This document shows positions 1 to 8,894 of a stretch of 64,000 nt of DNA, one piece after another. The DNA is from Chloroflexota bacterium (GTDB lineage: Bacteria; Chloroflexota; Dehalococcoidia; UBA2979): assembly GCA_002716405.1 (NCBI GenBank), contig PBBA01000006.1, positions 187,966 to 251,965 on the forward strand. Direction: 5' to 3'. Both the position numbers and the translations under genes were made by a program. Under the pieces are notes generated by a model. The model was not told where the DNA came from, ran no database searches, and saw only the letters and a program-made list of their open reading frames with translations. Numbering within the stretch: position 1 is the stretch's first letter; every line of letters begins with the position of its first letter.

Positions 1-10
1 TGGCGGTTCA

Positions 11-1012
11 ATGAATGATCTAGTAGATGCTGCACGTACAGAAGGATGTAATACGGATTCAGTTTTCACAATTGTCCATGGAAAATTTCTTGCCTATAAA
101 CCAGGAGCTCCAAATTTTGTAAACCAGCCATGGTTTAATCATTTCGGAGGAGAAACTCTAAGTTCTGGGACTATTCTAATTATGAAGTGTGTCCCTAAGG
201 ATAACGTATCAAGCGCAACGGCAAGCATAACCAATACAAATGAAACCTTTATTAATCCTCCCCAAAAAATTACAAGTGTTGAAGCGCCTGTGGTTAATTC
301 AAGAGCAGCTGTAATCATAGATGATCGATCGGGAGCAATTTTATATAACTTGAATGCGCATCAAAATTTACCACCTGCCAGCCTAACAAAAATCGCTACT
401 GCAATAATTGCTATCGAAGAAGGAAATCTTGATACATGGGTAGAAAGTGATGTAGACAGTAATGCAATGATAGGTAGTAGTGTCATGGGATTACTGCCTG
501 GCGATTGCCTTCAACTTCGTGATCTACTACATGGTCTAATGTTGCCATCTGGTAATGACGCAGCTATCACTATCGCGAGACATTTAGCAGGAAATGAAAG
601 TGCGTTTGCAGGCCATATGAATGCATTAATGAATCGACTCAATTTGAAGGATAGCCATTTCAAAAACTCACATGGATTAGATGAATCAGGGCACCTAGCT
701 TCTGCATATGATCTAGCTATGCTTAGTCGACATGCTATGACACTCCCCGATTTTGCTAACACAGCACAAACCACAACATGGGTAGCAAAAGGATCTAGAA
801 CTTTCTATATGCGAAATGGTAATGCCTTCCTCAGGACTTATGCAGGGGCAGATGGAGTTAAGACAGGTAATACTGATTTAGCTGGGAGGACTTTCGTCGG
901 CTCAGTAACTAGAAATGGCAACCGTGTTTTTGTAGTCCTTCTCAATTCACCTGATAGATATGGAGAGGCAACTACTCTAATGGATTGGGTCTTCGAAAAT
1001 CATGAATGGTAA
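11..1012 (+). CDS. D-alanyl-D-alanine carboxypeptidase (serine-type, PBP5-like), probably 5'-partial
   Basis: 333-aa ORF. The frame stays open to the left window edge and no signal peptide is visible, so the true start is probably upstream. Penicillin-binding motifs SxxK (PASLTKIAT), SxN (LPSGND) and KTG (GVKTGNT). Confidence 0.8.
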   Translation: MNDLVDAARTEGCNTDSVFTIVHGKFLAYKPGAPNFVNQPWFNHFGGETLSSGTILIMKCVPKDNVSSATASITNTNETFINPPQKITSVEAPVVNSRAAVIIDDRSGAILYNLNAHQNLPPASLTKIATAIIAIEEGNLDTWVESDVDSNAMIGSSVMGLLPGDCLQLRDLLHGLMLPSGNDAAITIARHLAGNESAFAGHMNALMNRLNLKDSHFKNSHGLDESGHLASAYDLAMLSRHAMTLPDFANTAQTTTWVAKGSRTFYMRNGNAFLRTYAGADGVKTGNTDLAGRTFVGSVTRNGNRVFVVLLNSPDRYGEATTLMDWVFENHEW

Positions 1013-1911
1013 AAACTAAAGGATTAAAATTAATGCCAATTCGAAATAGTTTAAATATTGGTGATGCTAAAATAACTTTAATTGAAGAAATGGTAATGCC
1101 AACATCCGTAAAATGGCTACTCCCAGAATACCCTGAACCATATGGATTACTAGAAAAAGCTACACCTTGGCTTAAGCCAAATTATATAAATGAAAAAGGT
1201 CATCTACTACAGTCCATTCACTCGTGGGTTGTCGAAGTAGATGGAATGAAAGTAGTTATAGATACAGGAATCGGGGATAGCAAAAATCGCCAATCCGAAG
1301 GTTTTGAAGGTTGGCATATGAAACAAGGAACCTACTTACAAGATTTAGAAAATGCAGGAATACCAGCGGACAGTGTCGATTTTGTAATAAATACACATTT
1401 ACACCAAGACCATGCTGGTTGGAACACAAAATTAGTTGAAAAAACTTGGGTACCTACGTTCAATAATGCACGATATAAAATAGTAGCCCCAGAATGGGAC
1501 TACTGGACTTCCGATGAAATTGGTCCAATTCCGATAATAGAAGACAGTGTTCTACCTGTTTTTAAAGAAAATCTTGTCGATCTAGTTTCGGCAGATTATA
1601 AACTCAGTGACTCAATCACATTTGAACCAAGTCACGGACATACGCCTGGACACGTATGCATTAATATTTCCTCGCAGAACCAAACAGCTATAATCACCGG
1701 TGATCTGCTTCATAATCCTATACAGTGTGCAGCACCTGAAGCACGGCCAACTTTCGACAAAGATGCAGCACCAGCTCGTAAAACTCGAATCTCCTTCTTA
1801 GAAAAATACGCAAATACTGAGACTTTAATCTTGGGAACTCATTTTCATCATCCTGCTGCAGGAGTTATTCGTAAGGACAATAATTTCTATAGGTATGAGT
1901 CAGTAGATTAA
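1006..1911 (+). CDS. MBL-fold metallo-hydrolase
   Basis: 301-aa ORF with the HxHxDH zinc motif (NTHLHQDHAGW) and a later His cluster (SHGHTPGH). An alternative ATG lies at 1033. Confidence 0.75.
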   Translation: MVKTKGLKLMPIRNSLNIGDAKITLIEEMVMPTSVKWLLPEYPEPYGLLEKATPWLKPNYINEKGHLLQSIHSWVVEVDGMKVVIDTGIGDSKNRQSEGFEGWHMKQGTYLQDLENAGIPADSVDFVINTHLHQDHAGWNTKLVEKTWVPTFNNARYKIVAPEWDYWTSDEIGPIPIIEDSVLPVFKENLVDLVSADYKLSDSITFEPSHGHTPGHVCINISSQNQTAIITGDLLHNPIQCAAPEARPTFDKDAAPARKTRISFLEKYANTETLILGTHFHHPAAGVIRKDNNFYRYESVD

Positions 1912-1921
1912 ATCAATCCCA

Positions 1922-2335
1922 TTAAATTAGCTCAAAAACTGGTACTGGAAATTCACCTGATTCTTGCTTTTCAAATTTCACTTTTACCCTTTGACCAATT
2001 TTAATATCAGTCAAGGGATTTTTTATGCCTACTACATTCGTCATCATTCTAAAACCTTCATCAAGATCTACATAAGCTAAGACATAGGCACCTAAATCTG
2101 CAAAGGCAGGGTTTCTATTCTGTCGAACTACGGAATATGTGTAAATCTCACCTTCACCTTTTGAATCTTTCCATACCAATTCACCGCTACCACAGCTAGA
2201 ACATGCATATCTTGGGTAAAATACGACAGTATTACAAACATTGCATTGCTGATAACTTAGTTGCTCGTTTTTTACTGATTCCCAGAAGGGTGATGTATCT
2301 GGTTCAGGAAATTGTGGCATCGATCGATCTGGCAT
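1922..2335 (-). CDS. Zn-ribbon/OB-fold DUF35 protein (thiolase-associated)
   Basis: 137-aa ORF with a CxxC...CxxC ribbon (CNVCNTVVFYPRYACSSCGS) and an OB-like C-terminus. It lies 12 nt downstream of a thiolase-like gene on the same strand. Confidence 0.75.
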   Translation of the reverse strand: MPDRSMPQFPEPDTSPFWESVKNEQLSYQQCNVCNTVVFYPRYACSSCGSGELVWKDSKGEGEIYTYSVVRQNRNPAFADLGAYVLAYVDLDEGFRMMTNVVGIKNPLTDIKIGQRVKVKFEKQESGEFPVPVFELI

Positions 2336-2347
2336 TTTTTTTACTCC

Positions 2348-3532
2348 TTAATCAGCGGCTAAAATAATTGTTCCGCCTGTATGATTTCCTCCCAGTAACC
2401 CTCCATTACCATGGGCAACTGCTAATTTTGCATTTTCAACTTGAGAAGTTGATTCTCCTCTTAGTTGTCTTACACTTTCCAACAATAAAAATAAACCTCT
2501 CATCCCAGGATGGTTAGAAGAAAGTCCCCCTCCATCAGTATTTAATGCAGGACCTCCAGGTTGATCATAGCGAAGTTTCCCATCGCCAATATAAGATCCT
2601 GCCTCACCTTTTGCACAAAATCCTAAATCTTCAAGGCATACTGCAACTGTAATCGAAAAGGAATCGTACACCATCGCAATATCAATCTCACTGGGACTTA
2701 CTCCAGCCTCTGAAAAAGCGATAGGCGCACTTTGTGCCCCTGCACTGGTTGTAATATCACCACCATTTTCTCTATATTTTGTAGCTTCGCCACTACCCAA
2801 AAGCCAGACAGGAGGCTTGTTAGTTTTTTCTGCAATTTCTTTTGAAACAATAATCAAAGCTCCGCCACCGTCACTGACCATACAGCATTCAAGCAAATGC
2901 AATGGATCAGCAATCACACGTGAATCTAATACATCTTCAACAGTAATTTCTCCAATCCCTTCAAACTGAAGATCAGTCATAGCTTGAACGGCTTGAGGAT
3001 TTCGCATTGCATGATGTCGTGTAGATACCGATATTTGTGCAAGCTGTTCACTAGTCGTCCCATATTCATGCATATGTCGATGTGCAACCATGGCATAATT
3101 AGAAATGAGAGTCTGTCCGTATGAAGCTTCCATATTAGCTTGCCAATTACCGCCACCACTTACACCACCTGTTCCAATCGGCGTCCGTAAAGAAGCAGCT
3201 TTCGATCCGTATGAGAGAACTGCAACATTACACTTACCACTTGCAATATCTCTCATCGCATGAGCTGTATGAAATTCATACGAGGAACCACCAACTGAAG
3301 TAGTATCAATGACTGTTGGTTTTATACCGAGGTAAGCAGCTAATCCCAAACCTCCTCCACCTTCACCATCTTGGGCATCATATAACCCATCTATATCACT
3401 CCAAGAAAGCCCTGCATCATCTAAAGCGGCTTTTATCGATATCGCCTTGATGTCCATAGCAGAAACATCTGGAGCATATCGCTTAGGATATTCATGTATT
3501 CCTACTATTGCTGATTCACGTTTTTGAGACAT
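2348..3532 (-). CDS. thiolase-fold protein, SCP-x / nonspecific lipid-transfer type
   Basis: 394-aa ORF with thiolase-like segments (CCMVSDGGGALII; NTDGGGLSSNHPGMRGL), paired with the DUF35 gene. Confidence 0.75.
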   Translation of the reverse strand: MSQKRESAIVGIHEYPKRYAPDVSAMDIKAISIKAALDDAGLSWSDIDGLYDAQDGEGGGGLGLAAYLGIKPTVIDTTSVGGSSYEFHTAHAMRDIASGKCNVAVLSYGSKAASLRTPIGTGGVSGGGNWQANMEASYGQTLISNYAMVAHRHMHEYGTTSEQLAQISVSTRHHAMRNPQAVQAMTDLQFEGIGEITVEDVLDSRVIADPLHLLECCMVSDGGGALIIVSKEIAEKTNKPPVWLLGSGEATKYRENGGDITTSAGAQSAPIAFSEAGVSPSEIDIAMVYDSFSITVAVCLEDLGFCAKGEAGSYIGDGKLRYDQPGGPALNTDGGGLSSNHPGMRGLFLLLESVRQLRGESTSQVENAKLAVAHGNGGLLGGNHTGGTIILAAD

Positions 3533-3632
3533 TATCGCCCTTACCTTATAATTAGATTAAAATCACATAAGTGTTTTCATGCTGTGAAGGTTATACCCTA
3601 CGACATTAACAAACATTTTAGAATAGGTGAAT

Positions 3633-4553
3633 ATGAGTATTCGAGTTGGACTAGGGCTACCTGCACTTCATTTTTCATCTTCTCAAGCTCTTTGGAAATG
3701 GGTTGATGAATGTGAGAATAGTCTTGCTGATTCAATCTGGCAAAATGATCGATTGATCTCACAGGAACCTTTTATAGAATCACTTAGTTTTATGGCTGCA
3801 CTTACTGGTAGAACTGAGCGTATTAAATTTGGCATGAATGTTGTAGTAGCACCTTTACGAAATCCGTTAGTCTTAGCAAAGCAATGTGCAAGTATCGATT
3901 ATTTAAGTAATGGTCGTCTGTTACCAGCATTTGGGGTTGGAAACGCCAAAGCACTGGAATTCTCTCGAACAGATAACAAAATTTCTCACCGTGGTAAATG
4001 GACAAACGAAGTGCTCGATTTTCTCTCAAAAATTTGGGCCACCGATAATGTCACTTATAAAGGGAATTTTATTAATTACGAAAATATAACCATCGAACCA
4101 AAACCGGTGCAGAATCCACTTCCAATATGGATAGGTGGTTCTTCAGATGCTGCTATTGAACGAACGATTAAGTATGGAACCGGGTGGATCAGTGGGGTGC
4201 AATCACCAAGACAAGTAAAACCTGTTGTAGAGAAAATTCGACAAAAAGCTCTACAATATGGAAAAATAATAGATGAAGACCATTACGGTGCAGGTTTTTC
4301 CTATCGAATTGGAGATTGGAATGATCCTATCGTGCAGAGTGTAGCAAAACAGTTTTCACGAAGATTCCCTAATAGTGATCCTAAAGAATTTATTGCAGTA
4401 GGGAAAGAATCTGATATTCAGGCAAGAATTAACGAATATATTGATGTAGGTATCTCAAAATTTGTACTAAGACCACTTGTGAATTCAGAAACAGAACTTT
4501 TTAATCAAACACGTGAACTATGTAAAAATATTATCCCGGCTGTACACAATTAA
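3633..4553 (+). CDS. LLM-class (luciferase-like) flavin/F420-dependent oxidoreductase
   Basis: ORF 3627..4553. ATG at 3633 follows AGGTGA. LLM-like segments NPLVLAKQCASIDYLSNGRLLPAFGVG and LPIWIGGSSDAAIERT. Confidence 0.65.
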   Translation: MSIRVGLGLPALHFSSSQALWKWVDECENSLADSIWQNDRLISQEPFIESLSFMAALTGRTERIKFGMNVVVAPLRNPLVLAKQCASIDYLSNGRLLPAFGVGNAKALEFSRTDNKISHRGKWTNEVLDFLSKIWATDNVTYKGNFINYENITIEPKPVQNPLPIWIGGSSDAAIERTIKYGTGWISGVQSPRQVKPVVEKIRQKALQYGKIIDEDHYGAGFSYRIGDWNDPIVQSVAKQFSRRFPNSDPKEFIAVGKESDIQARINEYIDVGISKFVLRPLVNSETELFNQTRELCKNIIPAVHN

Positions 4554-4565
4554 AAAGGAGTAAGA

Positions 4566-5606
4566 ATGAAATTAGGATTAAGTCTCGGTTATTCAGGTGC
4601 AGATCTTTCTTTACCAATGGAAATGATACATGAAGCAGAAAATTTAGGTTATGACTCAGTTTGGACTGCAGAGGCATATGGGTCTGATGCTATTTCACCA
4701 CTAGCATTTATAGCCGCATCTACTAAAAGGATTCGTCTAGGCACAGGAATAGTTCAATTATCAGCACGAACTCCTGCTGCGGCAGCAATGGCAGCACAAA
4801 CTGTAGATTCTTTAGCTGGCAGAGGCAGATTTATTTTGGGCATAGGTGTATCCGGACCACAAATTGTTGAAGGATGGTACGGTCAACCTTGGGGAAAACC
4901 ATACTGGAGAATTAGAGACTATGTTTCAATAATTAAGAAAATATTTGAAAGAAAAGAACCTGTTTCACATGAAGGTAGAGAAATTTCTTTGCCTTATGAT
5001 GGACCAGGATCATTAGGGTTAGGGAAACCTTTAAAATCAATCTTGCACCCATATCCTAATCTACCAATTTGGCTTGGAAGTGGTGGCCATTCGAATGTAC
5101 GTATGGCAGGAGAGCTCTGCGATGGACTTCTTCCAATGGGTTTTGTTCCAAATCGTGGCCAACAGTATCGTGAATGGATTGAAGAAGGTTTCGCAAAATC
5201 AAAAACTCCGAAAAGCTGGGATACGTTTGAATTACAAAGTTCAGTTCAAGTAAGTGTGACAGATGATATTCGTTCCGCATTACGAGCCCTTAAGCCAAGA
5301 GTAGCTTTATATGTTGGCGGGATGGGACATAAGACTTTAAATTTCCATAAAGAGCAAATGGTTATTCGAGGTTATGGAGAAGCTGCAGAGAGAATTCAAG
5401 AGCTTTATTTAGCTGGTAGAAAAGCTGAAGCTTTAGAAGAAGTACCTGATGACTATCTTGATGAAGGCGTTCTAGTAGGACCACCAGAACGAATAAAAGA
5501 AAGATATCGTGCTTGGGCTGATTCAGGTGTAACTGGACTCACAATTTCCACTAACCAGATGGAAGTGCTGAAAATAATGGCTGATATCGCTGAAATACCA
5601 CGCTAG
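4566..5606 (+). CDS. LLM-class F420-dependent oxidoreductase
   Basis: 346-aa ORF preceded by AAGGAG. The N-terminus (MKLGLSLGY...DSVWTAEAYGSDAISPLAFIAA) and LPIWLGSGG are typical of the family. Confidence 0.7.
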   Translation: MKLGLSLGYSGADLSLPMEMIHEAENLGYDSVWTAEAYGSDAISPLAFIAASTKRIRLGTGIVQLSARTPAAAAMAAQTVDSLAGRGRFILGIGVSGPQIVEGWYGQPWGKPYWRIRDYVSIIKKIFERKEPVSHEGREISLPYDGPGSLGLGKPLKSILHPYPNLPIWLGSGGHSNVRMAGELCDGLLPMGFVPNRGQQYREWIEEGFAKSKTPKSWDTFELQSSVQVSVTDDIRSALRALKPRVALYVGGMGHKTLNFHKEQMVIRGYGEAAERIQELYLAGRKAEALEEVPDDYLDEGVLVGPPERIKERYRAWADSGVTGLTISTNQMEVLKIMADIAEIPR

Positions 5607-5614
5607 GAATTATT

Positions 5615-6193
5615 TTGGAAAATCAAAAAATTTACACTCGTACTGGAGATACCGGTGAAACAGGCCTTTTTGGAGGAGGACGAGTATCCAAAGATCATCT
5701 TCGTATCGAATGCTATGGGACAATCGATGAGCTAAATTCCTCACTGGGTATTGTCACTTCCTCTTTAAATGATCAAGATATCAGTAACTGTCTTACAAAA
5801 ATTCAATCCACACTTTTTGATATTGGCGGTGAATTAGCAACTCCCAATATTGAAAAGCGTAAGTTAGAAAAACAATATGTCGGTCCACAAGTTGCTGACA
5901 TGGATATCAAGGAAATAGAAAAATTAATCAATCAATTCGATGAAGAAATAGAACCTCTACAAGCTTTTATTCTTCCCGGAGGTCATCAGCATGCTGCACA
6001 AATTCACCTATCACGAACAATTTGCAGGAGAGCAGAACGCCGACTCGTACAACTTAACAAAGTTGAAGAAATTTCAAGTGAAATAATTCGTTATATTAAC
6101 CGCCTTTCTGATCTATTATTTACGTTAGCAAGGGTAATAAACAAAAGACACGGTATTGAAGAACCACAGTGGCAAGGGAAAAATAATACCTAA
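5615..6193 (+). CDS. pduO: ATP:cob(I)alamin adenosyltransferase, PduO type
   Basis: 192-aa ORF with a TTG start. The N-terminal signature IYTRTGDTGETGLFGGGRVSKD is typical of PduO/MMAB-type adenosyltransferases. Confidence 0.8.
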   Translation: MENQKIYTRTGDTGETGLFGGGRVSKDHLRIECYGTIDELNSSLGIVTSSLNDQDISNCLTKIQSTLFDIGGELATPNIEKRKLEKQYVGPQVADMDIKEIEKLINQFDEEIEPLQAFILPGGHQHAAQIHLSRTICRRAERRLVQLNKVEEISSEIIRYINRLSDLLFTLARVINKRHGIEEPQWQGKNNT

Positions 6194-6756
6194 AATTCAA
6201 TACCTGGTTGTGCTTTTATATTTTGATCTTCATACGGATGTTTTATCAATTTCATTTCAGTAACCAAGTCTGCAAAATCAATCAATTCTTGAGGTGCATC
6301 ACGACCTGTAATCACTATGTGTAAATCTTTTGGCTTATTATGCTTAAGCCAATCAACAACTTCATCTACAGCTATCCATCCAAAAACCATTGGATAGGTA
6401 AATTCATCAAGAATAAGAACTTGTACTTGATTCTCAATAATTTTTTGCTGTACCAACTGCCAGCCTTTTCGGGCTAAATCTGCAGTCTTATTGATATCTT
6501 TACTTGTCCAAGTCCATCCATCACCAGTGCCCTCAACAATGATACCGGCTGCACGTGCTGCACGAATTTCTCCATAATTAGCAGTATCAGGTTTGAGAAA
6601 TTGTACTACGGCAACATCCATGCCCCTTCCCCGTGCCCGAAAAGCAACCCCGAAGGCAGCAGTAGACTTTCCTTTACCATTACCTGTATTAACTATGACA
6701 AGACCTTTACGTTTCTTTTTTGAAGGAACTTTTGAATCATCTTTTTGAGTAGTCAT
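6190..6756 (-). CDS. cobO: cob(I)yrinic acid a,c-diamide adenosyltransferase, CobO/BtuR type
   Basis: 188-aa ORF with the P-loop VNTGNGKGKSTAAFGVAFRARGRG followed by VVQFLK, characteristic of CobA/CobO/BtuR. Confidence 0.8.
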   Translation of the reverse strand: MTTQKDDSKVPSKKKRKGLVIVNTGNGKGKSTAAFGVAFRARGRGMDVAVVQFLKPDTANYGEIRAARAAGIIVEGTGDGWTWTSKDINKTADLARKGWQLVQQKIIENQVQVLILDEFTYPMVFGWIAVDEVVDWLKHNKPKDLHIVITGRDAPQELIDFADLVTEMKLIKHPYEDQNIKAQPGIEF

Positions 6757-6816
6757 ATTTTCTGCTTTCTAAGGTATATTAAAGAGTATAGTAGCCTTTT
6801 CCTGAAAAGAGATAGA

Positions 6817-7977
6817 ATGGAATCAGAAGTGGTTAAACCGGCTACAATTGGAATTATCGGAGCGGGCCAATTAGCTCGAATGATGATCGAGGCCGCATCA
6901 CCTCTAAATATCAATATACGATTATTAGCTGCTTCGCTAGAAGATAGTGCGGCGTTAATAGCAAAAAATATAGACTTAGGGTCACCTAACAACGAACGTG
7001 ACGTAAGGAATTTTGCGAAGCATTGTGACGTCATTACATTTGATCATGAGTTGGTCAATCTCGACATAATCAGAATGCTGGAAATAGAAGGTAAAGTTGT
7101 TCATCCATCTTCGCATACATTGAACTATGCTCAGGATAAGTTATACCAACGAACACTATTTTCCAAAGATGATCTTCCTGTACCAGTATTTAATGAAATA
7201 ACTACACTAAAGGATGTTTCAAATTTCGGTGAATCTTTTGGTTGGCCATTAGTATTAAAAGCACAAACTGATGGGTATGATGGACGTGGTGTCTGGGTCA
7301 TCAATAGTTTTTCTGAAGCAAAAAGCTTTTTCTCTATTACTAATGAAAAGTCAATCAAAATGATGGCCGAGCAATTTATACCTATCGAAAAAGAATTGTC
7401 TGGTTTAATAGCTAGAAAGGCAAATGGGGAGTTCATACTATATCCGATCGTCGAAACCATTCAATCAGAAGGCATTTGCGTACAAGTCATCGCACCTGCA
7501 GATATTGATGAAAATATTCGGGTAGAAGCTGAATCTCTTACAAAGTTGGTCGCGGAGAAAGTAGATGTGGTAGGAATTATGGCATTGGAATTATTTCTTT
7601 CAAATGGCAAATTATTAATAAATGAAATCGCAACTCGACCACACAACTCTGGCCATTTTAGTATAGAAGGTACCAGTACATCTCAGTTTGAAAATCATTT
7701 GCGAGCAGTAATTGACTGGCCTCTAGGACCAGCAGAGTTAATTCACCCATTTGCAGTTATGTCCAATATAATCGCAAAGGGCGAAGCAAATCCCAAAGAT
7801 CAAATTGGATTTTCACTATCGACTATATCTTCACATACAAAATTACACATGTATGATAAAAATCCGCGATCAGGAAGAAAAATAGGTCATGTTACTTCTA
7901 CAGGTAGTAATTTGGATAAAACAAAAATACATGCAGACGAACTTGCGAGTATATTAATGAATAAAACGATTGATTAG
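6817..7977 (+). CDS. purK: 5-(carboxyamino)imidazole ribonucleotide synthase
   Basis: ATP-grasp protein with the N-terminal IGIIGAGQLARMM motif, located upstream of purE. The ORF-track start at 6745 overlaps cobO, so the ATG at 6817 is preferred. Confidence 0.85.
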   Translation: MESEVVKPATIGIIGAGQLARMMIEAASPLNINIRLLAASLEDSAALIAKNIDLGSPNNERDVRNFAKHCDVITFDHELVNLDIIRMLEIEGKVVHPSSHTLNYAQDKLYQRTLFSKDDLPVPVFNEITTLKDVSNFGESFGWPLVLKAQTDGYDGRGVWVINSFSEAKSFFSITNEKSIKMMAEQFIPIEKELSGLIARKANGEFILYPIVETIQSEGICVQVIAPADIDENIRVEAESLTKLVAEKVDVVGIMALELFLSNGKLLINEIATRPHNSGHFSIEGTSTSQFENHLRAVIDWPLGPAELIHPFAVMSNIIAKGEANPKDQIGFSLSTISSHTKLHMYDKNPRSGRKIGHVTSTGSNLDKTKIHADELASILMNKTID

Positions 7978-7992
7978 ATTGCTGAGAAATAT

Positions 7993-8493
7993 ATGACTGA
8001 TCCGAATATAGAAGTAAGCGTTGTTATGGGTAGTGAATCAGATCTACCTACAATGCAAAATGCTATCAATACACTTAGTGAATTCAATATTATCCACGAG
8101 GTTAAAATTGTTTCTGCACATAGAACACCTCATGAAATGGTCAACTTCGCAGAAAACGCCCATGAACGTGGAATCCAAGTAATAATAGCAGGTGCAGGCG
8201 GGGCAGCACACTTACCCGGAATGATAGCAGCTGTAACAACATTACCTGTAATTGGCGTACCTATACCCTTAAAACAACTGGATGGGATCGATTCGTTGTT
8301 ATCAATAGTACAAATGCCACGAGGAGTTCCAGTTGCCACAGTGGCGATAGGTAATGCTGAAAATGCTGCATTACTGGCAATCCGAATACTTGCACTCAAT
8401 AATAGTAAACTCGAGACTGAACTTGTAAACTTTCAATCCAACCTCAAAAATAAAGTGGATGAAATGAATGAAAATATCAAGAACAAACCTTAG
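7993..8493 (+). CDS. purE: 5-(carboxyamino)imidazole ribonucleotide mutase
   Basis: 166-aa ORF with [12 protein letters not shown] and SAHRTPH motifs, immediately downstream of purK. Confidence 0.9.
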   Translation: MTDPNIEVSVVMGSESDLPTMQNAINTLSEFNIIHEVKIVSAHRTPHEMVNFAENAHERGIQVIIAGAGGAAHLPGMIAAVTTLPVIGVPIPLKQLDGIDSLLSIVQMPRGVPVATVAIGNAENAALLAIRILALNNSKLETELVNFQSNLKNKVDEMNENIKNKP

Positions 8494-8894
8494 CCACGAT
8501 TAAACAAAAAATTGATAATCCGAGAAATATTACTGCGTTGTGACGCAAAAAGACTATATCCAATTTCTCTAAATCCTCTGAAAAATGGCAAATCCAATAT
8601 AAATACAAAATATGGATGAATAACCAATCTTAAGGCTTTTGTTATAGCTTCACCACGATGATATTCAATACCTTGTGGAGTTATAAAATGAACACTTTGT
8701 AAAATATCTTCGTCAGAAATTTCACCTAATATGCCTTTTTGCGGTAAACAAGAAAATCCAATTAACTGCAAATGATTTTTTGATCTGCTCATTGACCAAT
8801 AAGCCAGTGAAGTGCAAATTTCTCAACCATCATCATATACAAGAATATAGTTATCAAATTTAAACTCTGATCTTGTTGAAGAAAACTTAAGCAA
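8490..8894 (-). CDS. DCC-family (DUF393) thiol-disulfide oxidoreductase with an in-frame TGA at the first Cys of DxxCxxC (candidate selenoprotein, otherwise a pseudogene)
   Basis: The listed ORF 8490..8792 matches only the C-terminal part of DCC proteins. The same frame continues upstream as ...[13 protein letters not shown]-[TGA 8825..8823][15 protein letters not shown]. There is no in-frame ATG upstream. Candidate TTG starts are at 8894 and 8948. Confidence 0.55.
8785..8807 (-). promoter_or_regulatory. candidate bacterial SECIS-like hairpin downstream of the in-frame UGA
   Basis: Hand fold of the minus-strand RNA: CU(G)GCUUAUU[GGUC]AAUGAGCAG, giving 7 bp plus 2 bp with one bulged G. The GGUC loop starts 26 nt after the UGA. 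Confidence 0.35.

Noticed and set aside
511-774. Many 60-140-aa track ORFs lie antisense to, or out of frame within, long well-supported genes. Examples: 511..774, 2977..3159, 7131..7460, 18247..18618, 23646..24008, 27610..27924, 33800..34156, 44305..44721, 59707..59964.
   Set aside because: Each lies wholly inside a CDS with clear family motifs on the other strand or frame. Their compositions are low-complexity or skewed (Ser/Pro/Ala-rich shadows). None has a recognisable motif or SD. I treat them as shadow ORFs.
6745-6816. The N-terminal extension of purK that overlaps cobO.
   Set aside because: The PurK homology (IGIIGAGQLARMM) begins just after the internal ATG at 6817. The extension (MSSHIFCFLRYIKEY...) overlaps the cobO start region and looks non-coding.
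8823-8825. The in-frame TGA explained by an alternative genetic code (TGA read as Trp or Gly).
   Set aside because: TGA is the only possible stop for at least one well-supported gene in the window (RibD-like CDS, 14086..14088). TGA does not interrupt any other CDS I examined. Standard code 11 with local recoding, or a pseudogene, fits better.
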